From IMG/VR virus record IMGVR_UViG_3300037336_000025, positions 64,001-128,000 of that record: a stretch of 64,000 nt of DNA; one strand, written 5' to 3'. The notes beneath the pieces were generated by a model. The model was given only the letters and a program-made list of their open reading frames with translations, searched no databases and had not been told where the DNA came from. The DNA comes from a virus. The translations under genes and the position numbers were made by a program. Of this stretch, positions 27,791 through 37,800 are shown in pieces (position 1 is the stretch's first letter; every line of letters begins with the position of its first letter).

Positions 27791-28960
27791 ATGTCACAAT
27801 TACTCGAGTCACGCTGGTCGGAAACCAAAGACGCCCTTCTAGAAGGTCTTCAAGGTAACAAGCGTTCAGTAATGGCTACTACTTTAGAAAATACCCGCAA
27901 GTATTTGGCTGAGAGTGCTACTGCTGGAGCTACATCCGCTGGCAACGTTGCAACTTTAAATCGTGTGATCCTTCCAGTGATCAGACGTGTAATGCCTACC
28001 GTTATCGCTAACGAGTTAGTAGGTGTACAACCAATGACTGGCCCAGTTGGTCAGATCCATACCTTGCGTGTTCGCTATGCAGATAGCTTTAACAGCGCAG
28101 CCGGTACTGACATCACAGCTGGTGATGAGGCACTAAGCCCATTCAAGATCGCCGAAGGCTATTCCGGTTCAGCATCTGACAAAGCAGCTAGTACAGCAGC
28201 TTTAGAAGGTCGTGCTGGTAACAGACTAAGCATTCAAATCTTGAAACAGACAGTTGAAGCTAAGACACGTAAATTGTCAGCTCGCTGGACGTTTGAGTCT
28301 GCACAAGATGCACAAGCCCAACAGGGTATTGACATCGAAGCAGAAATTATGGCTGCTTTGGCGCAAGAAATTACTGCTGAAATTGACCAAGAAGTTATTG
28401 CTAGCTTGAAGAGCTTGTCTGGTATCGTATTAACATACGACCAAGCTGCTGTTTCTGGTACTGCAACTTTCGTTGGTGACGAGCACGCTGCTTTAGCTGT
28501 TCAAATCAATCGTACTGCTAACTTGATTGCTCAACGCACACGTCGTGGTGCTGGTAACTGGGCTGTTGTATCTCCAACAGTTCTAACTCTTCTACAATCT
28601 GCTACTACAAGCGCATTTGCTCGTACAACAGAAGGTACATTCGAAGCTCCTACAAACACAAAGTTTGTTGGTACATTGAACAGTGCAATGAAGATTTATG
28701 TTAACGGCTATGCTACTGACGACAACGTATTAGTAGGTTACAAAGGTTCATCTGAGTCAGATGCAGCGGCATTTTACTGCCCTTACATTCCTCTAATGAG
28801 TTCTGGTGTAGTGTTAGATCCATCAACATTCGAACCAGTGGTGTCATTCATGACACGCTATGGTTATGTTGAGTTGACAAACACAGCATCTTCTTTAGGT
28901 AACGCAGCTGATTACCTAGGTACTGTTGCTGTAACTAGCGCAAACCTACGTTTTGCTTAA
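27791..28960 (+). CDS. gp23: Major capsid protein (389 aa)
   Basis: VILPVIRRVMPTVIANELVGVQPMTGPVGQIHTLR, VEAKTRKLSARWTFESAQD, AFYCPYIPL, FMTRYG. Confidence 0.96.
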   Translation: MSQLLESRWSETKDALLEGLQGNKRSVMATTLENTRKYLAESATAGATSAGNVATLNRVILPVIRRVMPTVIANELVGVQPMTGPVGQIHTLRVRYADSFNSAAGTDITAGDEALSPFKIAEGYSGSASDKAASTAALEGRAGNRLSIQILKQTVEAKTRKLSARWTFESAQDAQAQQGIDIEAEIMAALAQEITAEIDQEVIASLKSLSGIVLTYDQAAVSGTATFVGDEHAALAVQINRTANLIAQRTRRGAGNWAVVSPTVLTLLQSATTSAFARTTEGTFEAPTNTKFVGTLNSAMKIYVNGYATDDNVLVGYKGSSESDAAAFYCPYIPLMSSGVVLDPSTFEPVVSFMTRYGYVELTNTASSLGNAADYLGTVAVTSANLRFA

Positions 28961-28985
28961 TTCTTAGAAATAAGAAGAAAGATTC

Positions 28986-29009
28986 AAAAAGGCCCTTCGG
29001 GGCTTTTTT
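28986..29009 (+). terminator. Intrinsic terminator after the capsid gene
   Basis: AAAAAGGCCC-TTCG-GGGCTTTTTT: UUCG-loop hairpin followed by a T-tract. Confidence 0.85.
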
Positions 29010-29026
29010 GTTGACTTAAATACCTG

Positions 29027-29296
29027 ATGCAAATAGAATCAGACAACGACTTTAAACAGATGCGTGAGCAGTTTAGTATATGGCGTAAACGCTTTCCTAT
29101 GTTTACTCACGATGTTAATCAGATAGAACATATGATTGAAAATCGCATAAAGCAACATAGTATTATTATGGTACAGCATAGACAAACTAAAAGTCGAGCC
29201 TATTTAGAAAAAGCACAAAAAGAAATAGACACTATTAATCAAATACTAAGCACAGTTGAAAAAATTGAGCTAATGGCAATGCTTAGTCGTGGATAA
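29027..29296 (+). CDS. Hypothetical late protein (89 aa)
   Basis: ORF preceded by TAAATA-N4-ATG; helical composition; no recognisable motif. Confidence 0.6.
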   Translation: MQIESDNDFKQMREQFSIWRKRFPMFTHDVNQIEHMIENRIKQHSIIMVQHRQTKSRAYLEKAQKEIDTINQILSTVEKIELMAMLSRG

Positions 29297-29367
29297 ATAA
29301 AGAGTCAAGAAGATTTATGCAGAATCCCTCTGCGTAGACCTAGAACGTCAAATTAAGGAGAAACAAA

Positions 29368-29763
29368 ATGGGACGTCCATTAAGAAAAGATGTAAACGGA
29401 GTTGATGTTATCGGAACTGGTGCTACTACAGCTACTGGTGTAAGAGTTGAGTTTTTTGATGCATCGTTAAGAACAGACGGTGTTATTCTCAAGCAACGTG
29501 GCGCAAAAACTTTCGTAGTTACTCAAGTAGGAAACATTGGTACAACTTCATCATATGTTACTGCAACTGTAGTATCTGATGAACCTAATGCATACGGAGA
29601 AATGCGTATCACTGGTTATGTTGGCGGCAACGGACTTAATAATACCAAACAAATTGCTAAGATTACTAAACGTGTAGCTACAGACTTCGCCGGCGTTAAG
29701 TACAATTGGTACTTAGAAAATGACTCATCAGCAGACTACATTGTACTAACAGCAATCGTTTAA
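29368..29763 (+). CDS. Small virion structural protein (MGRPL-start), possibly head decoration
   Basis: Own TAAATA (29294-99), strong AAGGAG SD, beta-rich composition, close to the capsid gene. Confidence 0.45.
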   Translation: MGRPLRKDVNGVDVIGTGATTATGVRVEFFDASLRTDGVILKQRGAKTFVVTQVGNIGTTSSYVTATVVSDEPNAYGEMRITGYVGGNGLNNTKQIAKITKRVATDFAGVKYNWYLENDSSADYIVLTAIV

Positions 29764-29777
29764 TTTAGGATTACAAC

Positions 29778-30872
29778 ATGGGACAGTTTTTAAGAGTCAA
29801 CGGCGATTATAATATACAAGCCATTAGAGATTCAGTATCCGGAGGTACAATTACCCTAGATACTGGACCTTCAGGTACGGTTATTGTAACTGGCGGATTA
29901 CTAGTTGAAGGGGAAACTGTCTATGTTGCTGCAACACAATTAGAAATTGAAGACAACGTTATCACGCTAAACAAAGGTGAAGGAGGCGACGGAGTATCAT
30001 TAATTATTTCCGGAATCCGAATTGATCGAGGTTCAGCTGATGACGCTTCTTTACTTTGGGATGAGAATATTGCTATACCAACAGCACAGACATTTCCAAG
30101 TTTAGAACTAGGAGCAACCGCAGGCGGATGGAAACTAGTCGGCGCCGAAGACGCTTATACATTCCAAAACAGTCGTTTAAAATTAAGACAAATAATTACA
30201 GATAGTATAACAGACGCCGGAGACTTGACATTGATTGGTCAGGGAACAGGAGTTGTTAAAGTATCTGGTACTACCAGCTATGAAGATCAAGTTACACACG
30301 ACGATGTGTTAACAAACAAAAAATATGTTGATGATGCAATTCAAAATAATCCAACATTCCAAATTCTTAAAGATAACACTAGAGTAATTATTGCTGACGC
30401 CGATGTTACTCCTAATAATACAGATACAGCAGGCTCGCTTGCATTTGCGACTGCAACTGTTGGTCAATTAATTAATGAAAGCTCTGTATCTATTGTAGTG
30501 GATACTACGCTAACGGCTCAGTTTTTTGCAGATAGATTTTTAGTTGGTCTCAAAGGACTGAATGGTATTGAGATCGACGGGGTAAATTTTGAAGTAAGAA
30601 CGCCCGACGGTGTATCGGATCAAAATATTTTTATCAACACTGCTCGATTTGATGCCGGCAGTACTGGAAAGCTTCAAACAAATTATGCATTACAACTAGA
30701 TCAAATATCTAGTGATCCTGCTTTTGTTTCTGGGGCAACATTAATTCGAGCAGGCGACCCGGGATTAGGAACTAGCGGTGTTTACTATGTAAACGATAGT
30801 GCAAGCACTAATCACCGAACTGGCGAATTAATAAGCAAAAACAAGGCACTTGTTTTTAGCATGATATTTTAA
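29778..30872 (+). CDS. Virion structural/fibre-associated protein
   Basis: LEIEDNVITLNKGE...SGIRIDRGS..DASLLWDE and VLTNKKYVD are typical fibre shaft motifs. Confidence 0.55.
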   Translation: MGQFLRVNGDYNIQAIRDSVSGGTITLDTGPSGTVIVTGGLLVEGETVYVAATQLEIEDNVITLNKGEGGDGVSLIISGIRIDRGSADDASLLWDENIAIPTAQTFPSLELGATAGGWKLVGAEDAYTFQNSRLKLRQIITDSITDAGDLTLIGQGTGVVKVSGTTSYEDQVTHDDVLTNKKYVDDAIQNNPTFQILKDNTRVIIADADVTPNNTDTAGSLAFATATVGQLINESSVSIVVDTTLTAQFFADRFLVGLKGLNGIEIDGVNFEVRTPDGVSDQNIFINTARFDAGSTGKLQTNYALQLDQISSDPAFVSGATLIRAGDPGLGTSGVYYVNDSASTNHRTGELISKNKALVFSMIF

Positions 30873-30882
30873 AGAGACAACT

Positions 30883-31257
30883 ATGATTACAAGTACATTG
30901 ATTGATGTAACAAGAGCACTTACATCTCCAGGACTTCCTATTTTTGTTAGCACTACTAACGGAGCTAGTGGCGGGACTGGGCAAGTGAATGCTATAACAA
31001 CTATTGCATTATGTAATATTGGTGATGTAACACTAACTGACGAAACAGCTAATGCAGTTACAGTTAATATTTGGTTTGCTCGTGCTGGAATTGGCAATCA
31101 AAATTATAACAGGATTGTTAGCAACTTGATTATTCCAGCAGGCGAAACTGTTTTCTTTTCAGAAGAAAGAATAGTGTTAGATGCAAACGATACAATTTAT
31201 GTAGGCGCAGATGTTGCAGACTTAATCGCAGTAACAGTAAGTTCATTGCCGGTATAA
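30883..31257 (+). CDS. Small beta-sandwich structural protein (paralogue of 34101 and 47844 ORFs)
   Basis: Shared pattern (C/A)N...V......IP......IVL....I.V......V.VS. Confidence 0.5.
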   Translation: MITSTLIDVTRALTSPGLPIFVSTTNGASGGTGQVNAITTIALCNIGDVTLTDETANAVTVNIWFARAGIGNQNYNRIVSNLIIPAGETVFFSEERIVLDANDTIYVGADVADLIAVTVSSLPV

Positions 31258-31258
31258 T

Positions 31259-31771
31259 ATGAAATTTCTAAAACAAAAAAATATTTCAAAGTTTAGTATT
31301 AGAGACCAAACTCTATTCACTAATCAATTTGGTCGTGCAGTAATGGGACTAACTGGTGGGTTAAGATTGCCACAGGGAACAACTGCACAACGTCCTAACG
31401 AAACACTCGTACGTTATCCAGGCGGCATTAGTGGCGCCGAATTTGCCGACGGTACAATTCGTTACAACCTAGACACTAACAGTCTAGAAGCTCTTATTGC
31501 AGGAGTATGGGAAATTGTACGAGGTCCAGGCGCAACGGCAATTACTAAAGAAACATTAGGCCCTGGCAACGATGTTAACACTACTTATACCCTCAATCCG
31601 CCATTTGGTATAGCACCATCTAGTGCAGATAATCTTATTGTTCTAGTAGAAAACGTTATGCAAATTTCTGTTACTAACTATAACTTGATCAACGGCAACA
31701 CTGAAATCGAATTTACCAGTGCTATCCCAAGCGGCAAGTACGTTACAGTCTTTTACGGCTTTGCTAACTAA
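31259..31771 (+). CDS. Structural protein with fibre/baseplate-type repeats
   Basis: LRLPQGTTAQRP...GTIRYNLDTNSLEAL and VLVENVMQ...YNL...IEFTSAIP repeats typical of fibre proteins. Confidence 0.55.
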   Translation: MKFLKQKNISKFSIRDQTLFTNQFGRAVMGLTGGLRLPQGTTAQRPNETLVRYPGGISGAEFADGTIRYNLDTNSLEALIAGVWEIVRGPGATAITKETLGPGNDVNTTYTLNPPFGIAPSSADNLIVLVENVMQISVTNYNLINGNTEIEFTSAIPSGKYVTVFYGFAN

Positions 31772-31812
31772 CTAAATTTAGAGTAAATATACATATCGAA
31801 CGGAGATATGTA

Positions 31813-32919
31813 ATGCCAGAATCTTATGCAGCCAGTTTAGGTAGAATTAGTGGTAAGCTACTTACTGAAAACCTTCTACGCAACGGTAGCGATCTAACCT
31901 TTAGAAACGCTCCTACTGACACCGACTTATTATATCTTGACGTTAATAACCTGCGTATCGGTATTAATACTGATGCACCGTTATACGATCTACAGATTGA
32001 TACTGATGTTAAAACTACAGTTTTAAATGTTACAGGTCAAGCACGTATTGATAATATCTTAATCAATGCAGACGGCTCGTTTGGATCATACACCGGTCCT
32101 ATTATTATTTCTACTGCAATACCTAATTCAGTTATCTCAATGGGTAAGCTAAAAAGCGATTATTTAGAAATATATAATGGTCGAATTGATAGCATAGCTA
32201 ATTCTAATATTAAATTTGACCCTAACGGCACTGGTCGAGTTGTAGCTGAATCAAATGTACAAACTTATGGTAATGTCACAGTACAAGGAACCGGTACTGG
32301 TAATATTGTTATGGGAGGCAATTTACAAGCCGACGGCACTATTACAGTTGGTGACAACATATTAGATACTGTAACAGTTAACACTGATTTTACACAGAGC
32401 ATTATTCCGGGAACTGATATTACTTATGATCTAGGTAAGAGCAATAAACGTTGGGCTGAACTATACTCGCCAGTTTGGCAACAGATAGATAATATACTTC
32501 CGTCTACAGTTAGAGTTAGCGACCAGATGCTTATAAACGGAGTTGACAATAAGATTAGCGGTTTGCAATCTAATGAAGATGTACTACTAAACCCAGAGAC
32601 TGGCGTTGTTTATATTGAAAACATTAAATGGCAAGAAAATGACATTACTAACTTGCTTAATACTGCATTAACATTTAGAAATAATGGAGGTATTGGATAT
32701 GTAAAATTTGTTGGTACAAATGCGTTAGCAATCCCAGCAGGTGATAATGCTAGTCGCCCAGCTGTTCCTGAATTAGGCGATACTCGATGGAATACTGAGA
32801 TAAGCTACCTAGAGTGTTTTGACGGTAATGTATATGTTATTGCTACTGGCGGTGGTGAAGAAGTTACTCAAGGTGTTATGGAAGATTTAGGTAACGTTTT
32901 TAGCCTCATACTTGGCTAA
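31813..32919 (+). CDS. Fibre/collar structural protein, paralogue A
   Basis: GRISGKLLTENLLRNGSDLTF...DLLYLDVNNLRIGINT; C-terminal IPAGDNASRP...GDTRWNTE...ECFDG. Confidence 0.6.
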   Translation: MPESYAASLGRISGKLLTENLLRNGSDLTFRNAPTDTDLLYLDVNNLRIGINTDAPLYDLQIDTDVKTTVLNVTGQARIDNILINADGSFGSYTGPIIISTAIPNSVISMGKLKSDYLEIYNGRIDSIANSNIKFDPNGTGRVVAESNVQTYGNVTVQGTGTGNIVMGGNLQADGTITVGDNILDTVTVNTDFTQSIIPGTDITYDLGKSNKRWAELYSPVWQQIDNILPSTVRVSDQMLINGVDNKISGLQSNEDVLLNPETGVVYIENIKWQENDITNLLNTALTFRNNGGIGYVKFVGTNALAIPAGDNASRPAVPELGDTRWNTEISYLECFDGNVYVIATGGGEEVTQGVMEDLGNVFSLILG

Positions 32920-32946
32920 AATGTCCTTTGGGCTAAATACTATTAC

Positions 32947-33040
32947 TGTAAAGACTGACCAAGTTTTTACGATACTCAACAGCGCAGGACCGCTATGTAA
33001 GGTGTCCGTATCCGTGTAAGTCGGTGGAAATGGAGAGCAC
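32947..33040 (+). promoter_or_regulatory. Structured 5' leader, candidate cis-regulatory RNA
   Basis: After TAAATA (32934-39): 9-bp hairpin 32948-56/32962-70; GATAC/GTATC (32971-75/33008-12) enclosing AGCG/CGCT; loop GGAC complementary to GTCC (33004-07); CCG/CGG hairpin just before the GGAG SD. Confidence 0.45.
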
Positions 33041-34093
33041 ATGGCTATTGGTCGAATTAGTGGTCCGCTCTTAAAGGCTAACCTCATCAGAGATGGTGTG
33101 GATCTTGCTTTTGAGACTGACCTGTTATACCTAGATGTTACTAACTCACGCATAGGCGTGAATAACTCCAATCCGACCACAGACCTAGATGTTATCGGTA
33201 CAACCCGTACTACAACACTTTCTGTAACCGACCAACTAGATGTAGGCAATTTACATATCACTGGCAATACAATTTCCAGTGATATCGATACTATTAGTTT
33301 TGTTGCCAGCGCAGGGAATCCTGTAATCTACAACGCAATTTTACAAGTTGATGATATACAGATTACTGGTAATGTAATATCTACTTTTGTTTCAAACAGT
33401 AATTTAGAACTTCAACCTAATGGGTCTGGCATTGTTGAAATTACTGGTAACACTCAAATCACTGGTAATTTAGATGTTGCTGGAAATATTTCAGCAACAG
33501 GTAACGTTACTATTGGCGGCAACATTGTAATTGGTGATGCACTAACTGATAACATTGTTATTAACGCTGCTATTAAAAGTGATTTAATTCCCGAAACTGA
33601 CACGCTATATGATTTAGGTAGCGCCTCTTTTAGATGGAATAATTTATACGTTAACAATTTCTACACAACTTCAGTTACATTACCTACACTAGATGTTGGT
33701 AATTTAATATTTCGTGATAATGAAATTACAACAACTTCCGGCAGCGATTTATACATAGATGGAAGTGGCGTCGGCGGCGTTAGATTAGGTAATTTTAGAA
33801 TTGTTGACAACGTTATTACAAACGTATCAAATAATGCAATTACTCAAATTGCGCAAACCGGAACCGGCTATTTTAAAATAGCAACCACTAACGGATTTGT
33901 ACCACCTGTAGGCAATGATGCTCAACGTCCAACTGCTTATGCAATAGCTGGTATGACACGGTATAACACGAACTCGAAAGCTCTTGAAATTTGGGACGGA
34001 TTTGCATGGGCTAGCCCAGCAGGCGCATCAGGTGCAGTTAGCGGTATCCAAGCAGAAGATATTGCAGTTTCGTTCGCACTAACATTAGGATAA
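33041..34093 (+). CDS. Fibre/collar structural protein, paralogue B
   Basis: MAIGRISGPLLKANLIRDGVDLAFETDLLYLDVTNSRIGVN; same architecture and C-terminus as the 31813 ORF. Confidence 0.6.
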   Translation: MAIGRISGPLLKANLIRDGVDLAFETDLLYLDVTNSRIGVNNSNPTTDLDVIGTTRTTTLSVTDQLDVGNLHITGNTISSDIDTISFVASAGNPVIYNAILQVDDIQITGNVISTFVSNSNLELQPNGSGIVEITGNTQITGNLDVAGNISATGNVTIGGNIVIGDALTDNIVINAAIKSDLIPETDTLYDLGSASFRWNNLYVNNFYTTSVTLPTLDVGNLIFRDNEITTTSGSDLYIDGSGVGGVRLGNFRIVDNVITNVSNNAITQIAQTGTGYFKIATTNGFVPPVGNDAQRPTAYAIAGMTRYNTNSKALEIWDGFAWASPAGASGAVSGIQAEDIAVSFALTLG

Positions 34094-34100
34094 TTATAAT

Positions 34101-34433
34101 ATGCCAACCGTATTTAGACATGCACTAGTAACAGAAATAGGAACTGTTCCTCAAGATCTAGTAACTATTGATGCAGGAGTTAGAGCAACTGTAATTGGTT
34201 GTAACCTTGCAAATATAACAGATTATGATACTGTTGTTGCTGACCTACAAGTTGTAGGAGCAGACACCACAGTAAGTTATTACATACGAGGATTAGTAAT
34301 TCCTCCAAATACTAGTGTTAAAGTAATTACACAGGGAGAAAAGTTAATTCTTCCGTCAACAACAGGGTTAAGATTAGTATGCGATACCCCTGACAGCATT
34401 GATGCTACGGTAAGTTACGTAGAGATATCATAA
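34101..34433 (+). CDS. Small beta-sandwich structural protein
   Basis: Paralogous to the 30883 and 47844 ORFs. Confidence 0.5.
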   Translation: MPTVFRHALVTEIGTVPQDLVTIDAGVRATVIGCNLANITDYDTVVADLQVVGADTTVSYYIRGLVIPPNTSVKVITQGEKLILPSTTGLRLVCDTPDSIDATVSYVEIS

Positions 34434-34443
34434 GGAAAAACTA

Positions 34444-34809
34444 ATGCCAAGCCCATATTATTTAGGTACCAGTCCAGATGAAGCCCTAGGAGATAGTCCT
34501 AGGTACTGGTACGCACTTCGTAGAAACGATGACGGTGAATTATTTTTACTGCGTAGTGATCAATTAAAAGATAAAGATTCGATTGAATTAAATACTGCAG
34601 GAATTCCTTCAGAAAATTTTGAAGATTTTGAACCTGGTGTTGATTATTTTGAAGGTGTTACTGCCGATCATGTAGTTGAGTATGACAATTTAAATTGGAC
34701 TCAGTATCGATGGGATAATAGAAATATGCTGTACTATATTGGTGCAGAAGGTCGATTAGTACAACGAATAAATCAAGGATACGTGTATCCAACAGGTACA
34801 TCAAGTTAA
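34444..34809 (+). CDS. Hypothetical protein (121 aa) in the fibre operon
   Basis: Clean ORF with AAGGA SD; acidic/aromatic; no recognised domain. Confidence 0.55.
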   Translation: MPSPYYLGTSPDEALGDSPRYWYALRRNDDGELFLLRSDQLKDKDSIELNTAGIPSENFEDFEPGVDYFEGVTADHVVEYDNLNWTQYRWDNRNMLYYIGAEGRLVQRINQGYVYPTGTSS

Positions 34810-34821
34810 ACGGAATATATT

Positions 34822-37800
34822 ATGGCAGAATTTAAGATCAGTAGATTACGATATACCTGGAAAGGAACATGGGTTCTTTCAACTGAGTATAATAGAGATG
34901 ATGTAGTACAATACGGTGGTTATTCTTGGGTATGTTTTAGACAACATACTGCCGGGGCATTTGCTGCTGACCAAACATTTTTAGCAAATCCTAACGATAC
35001 AGATCCAACACCAGCATGGCGCAAAATGACCGACGGTTATGCGTGGCGTTCAGCTTGGACAGGATCTACGTTATATAACCCCGGCGACATCGTATTAAAC
35101 GGTGGTAACTTATATCTGTGTGCAGTTAGCTATACCTCAACTAGTATATTTGATGACGATATTAGTAATTGGATTGTGTACACTGAGGGTTCAGCATTTA
35201 AATCAGATTGGATTGATAGTACACGGTATGGTGCAGGCGATGTTGTAAAATACAATGGTATTGTGTATCGTGCTATTACTGGACATACTGCAAGCTCAAT
35301 TAGCGACGGATTAGAAGCAGATCAAGAAAAGTGGGAACTTGTTTACGACGGCGTAGAATATGTAGGACAGTGGGCAAATGGCACTCGATATCGTAAAAAT
35401 GATCTAACAACATTTGGTGGAACATTATTCCGTTGTAAGAAAGGACATACTGCTGGCAGCGACTCAACTTTAAACTTTAATCAAGAAGAAAATTGGGAAA
35501 TTGAATTTCCAGGATTTCAGTTTAGTAACGAGTGGAACACTACTACGGTATATCAAGTCGGTGACTTGGTTAAACATGGTGGGTACTTATTTTATAGTTT
35601 AACTAATAATTACGGTAGCAATCCAAGTAACAGCATCTATCAATTAGAAGATAGAGTTGATGCAATAGATTGGCAAATTGCAGCTAAGAATATTAATTTT
35701 AGAGGCGACTGGAGCGTTACTGGATTATATAAAACAGGCGACCTAGTCCGCCGAGGCGGAAACACTTATAGTGCATTACTAGATACAACAGCCGACGGCA
35801 GTAGTCTAGATTATCTAGACGATACAAACTGGGAACTTATTACTGTTGGCCAAAACTGGCGTAATTTTTGGGCTGACGGCAATCGCTATTCTCCTAACGA
35901 TCTAGTAATTTTTCTAGGAAGCACATATAAATCGATAACTGAGCATGTGTCAACGGATCAGAATTATCCTGGAGATAACGGCTCAGGATATTTCTACTGG
36001 GAGTTAGTACTATTAGCTGGTTCTGAATCAGGTCTTAGACTTCGAGGAGATTTATTAACTTATGATCTTAGTCGTGGCGCAGCAGGCGACGGCAGTACAT
36101 TTGGCGCAGCAGCAGTTAATATTGGAACTCCTGGACAGGTAGTTGCTATTAACAATACAGATAGTGTTATCTATAAAACCTTCGGACAAGCTAACAGAGT
36201 TGTTTACGTAAATATCAATGGCACTGATGATACCTCTGATCCACAACAAGGAAACAGTCAATTTAAACCATGGCGCACAATTAGATTTGCCTGTGATCAA
36301 CTAGACGACGGATTTGCCGGAACATCTACAGTAAAAGTTGGCGCTGGCACATACGATGAAATTTTGCCAATAAGTGTCCCTGCAAGAACAGTGGTGTTAG
36401 GCTCAGAGTTAAGAACTACTGTGATAAATGCCGCTGGACCGATTGCATCATTGGCATTAGATAGTGCTTACACTATTGCAGCGTTAACTAGAATTTCACA
36501 AGTAATTGAAGGAGTAATTGGAGGTACAGAATTAATACCGCCAAAAACTGTTGGAAATTTAAAAGATCAAGTAATATTAACTGAAACAGTTTCAGAAACA
36601 GTTATAGATGAGTATGGTATTTCTATAACATCAACTTCTACAGGGGTGGTAGTAGCTGATCAACAAGCCGCAACTGATATTCAACTATTAATTTTAGATA
36701 TTAAAAATTATATTAATTTTTATGTTAATTCAACTGGAATTGATCCGATATTAGTCGGTAGTAACGTTGCGATTACATCAGCTGGATACGTAAATGCTGT
36801 GCGTATTCTCGAAGCTAACAGACAGTTCATAATTGCTGAAGCTGTTGCATTTATTGAATTTACTCACCCAGACTACAATTTTGATAGCGAGCTAGTTAAA
36901 GCAGACTTAAGTAGATACGTTGATGCATGGAAGTATGACATTATCTATACTGGTAATTATAAATCAAAATTAGCAGCAAGATGCTATCGTAATTCGGTAT
37001 TAGGCTCAGCAACTGAAGATATGTTTTACTGCCGCGATACTACTGGAGTTAGAAACTGTACATTAACAGGGTTAGCTGGAGTCTTAAATCCGTTAGGAGT
37101 GGCTGATATTTTTAGAGTGCCCACTGCTGGAGCATATATATCATTAGATCCAGGCTGGGGTCCAGCTGATAATCGTACTTGGATTATTAATCGTTCTCCT
37201 TATATTCAAGGAGTTACTACATTTGGTACTGGATGTACTGGGCAAAAGATCGACGGTAACTTACATAATGGCGGAAATAGATCTATTGTATCTAACGACT
37301 TTACACAAGTAATCAGTGATGGTATTGGTGCATGGGTTACGAATAATGGTAGAGCAGAGCTTGTATCTGTTTTCTCGTATTATGCACACATTGGCTACTT
37401 AACTCAAAACGGCGGAATTATTCGTGCAACTAACGGTAACAGTTCATACGGTACGTTTGGAGCCATTGCATCTGGAGTTGACCTAACAGAAGTACCTGTA
37501 GCAGCAGCAGTTGGTACTAGAGCCAACGAGGCAATTATATCATCGGCGTTTGCCGGCGACTTCGTTGATGAGATTCAAATATTTGAGTGGACTAATGCTG
37601 GACAAGATTATACACAAGCAACTGCTACCTTTGTAGGAGCTGGAGTAGACGCTGAAGTATTATTTGAAGAATTTAGAGATGACGCAGTGTTTGAAGCACG
37701 TCGTTTAGATGTCAGTGAGACTATCACACAGGATATCGGCGGCGGCGGCTACATCATTGTTCAGAACAACGCACAAACAGGAAACGCAACAACTATCACT

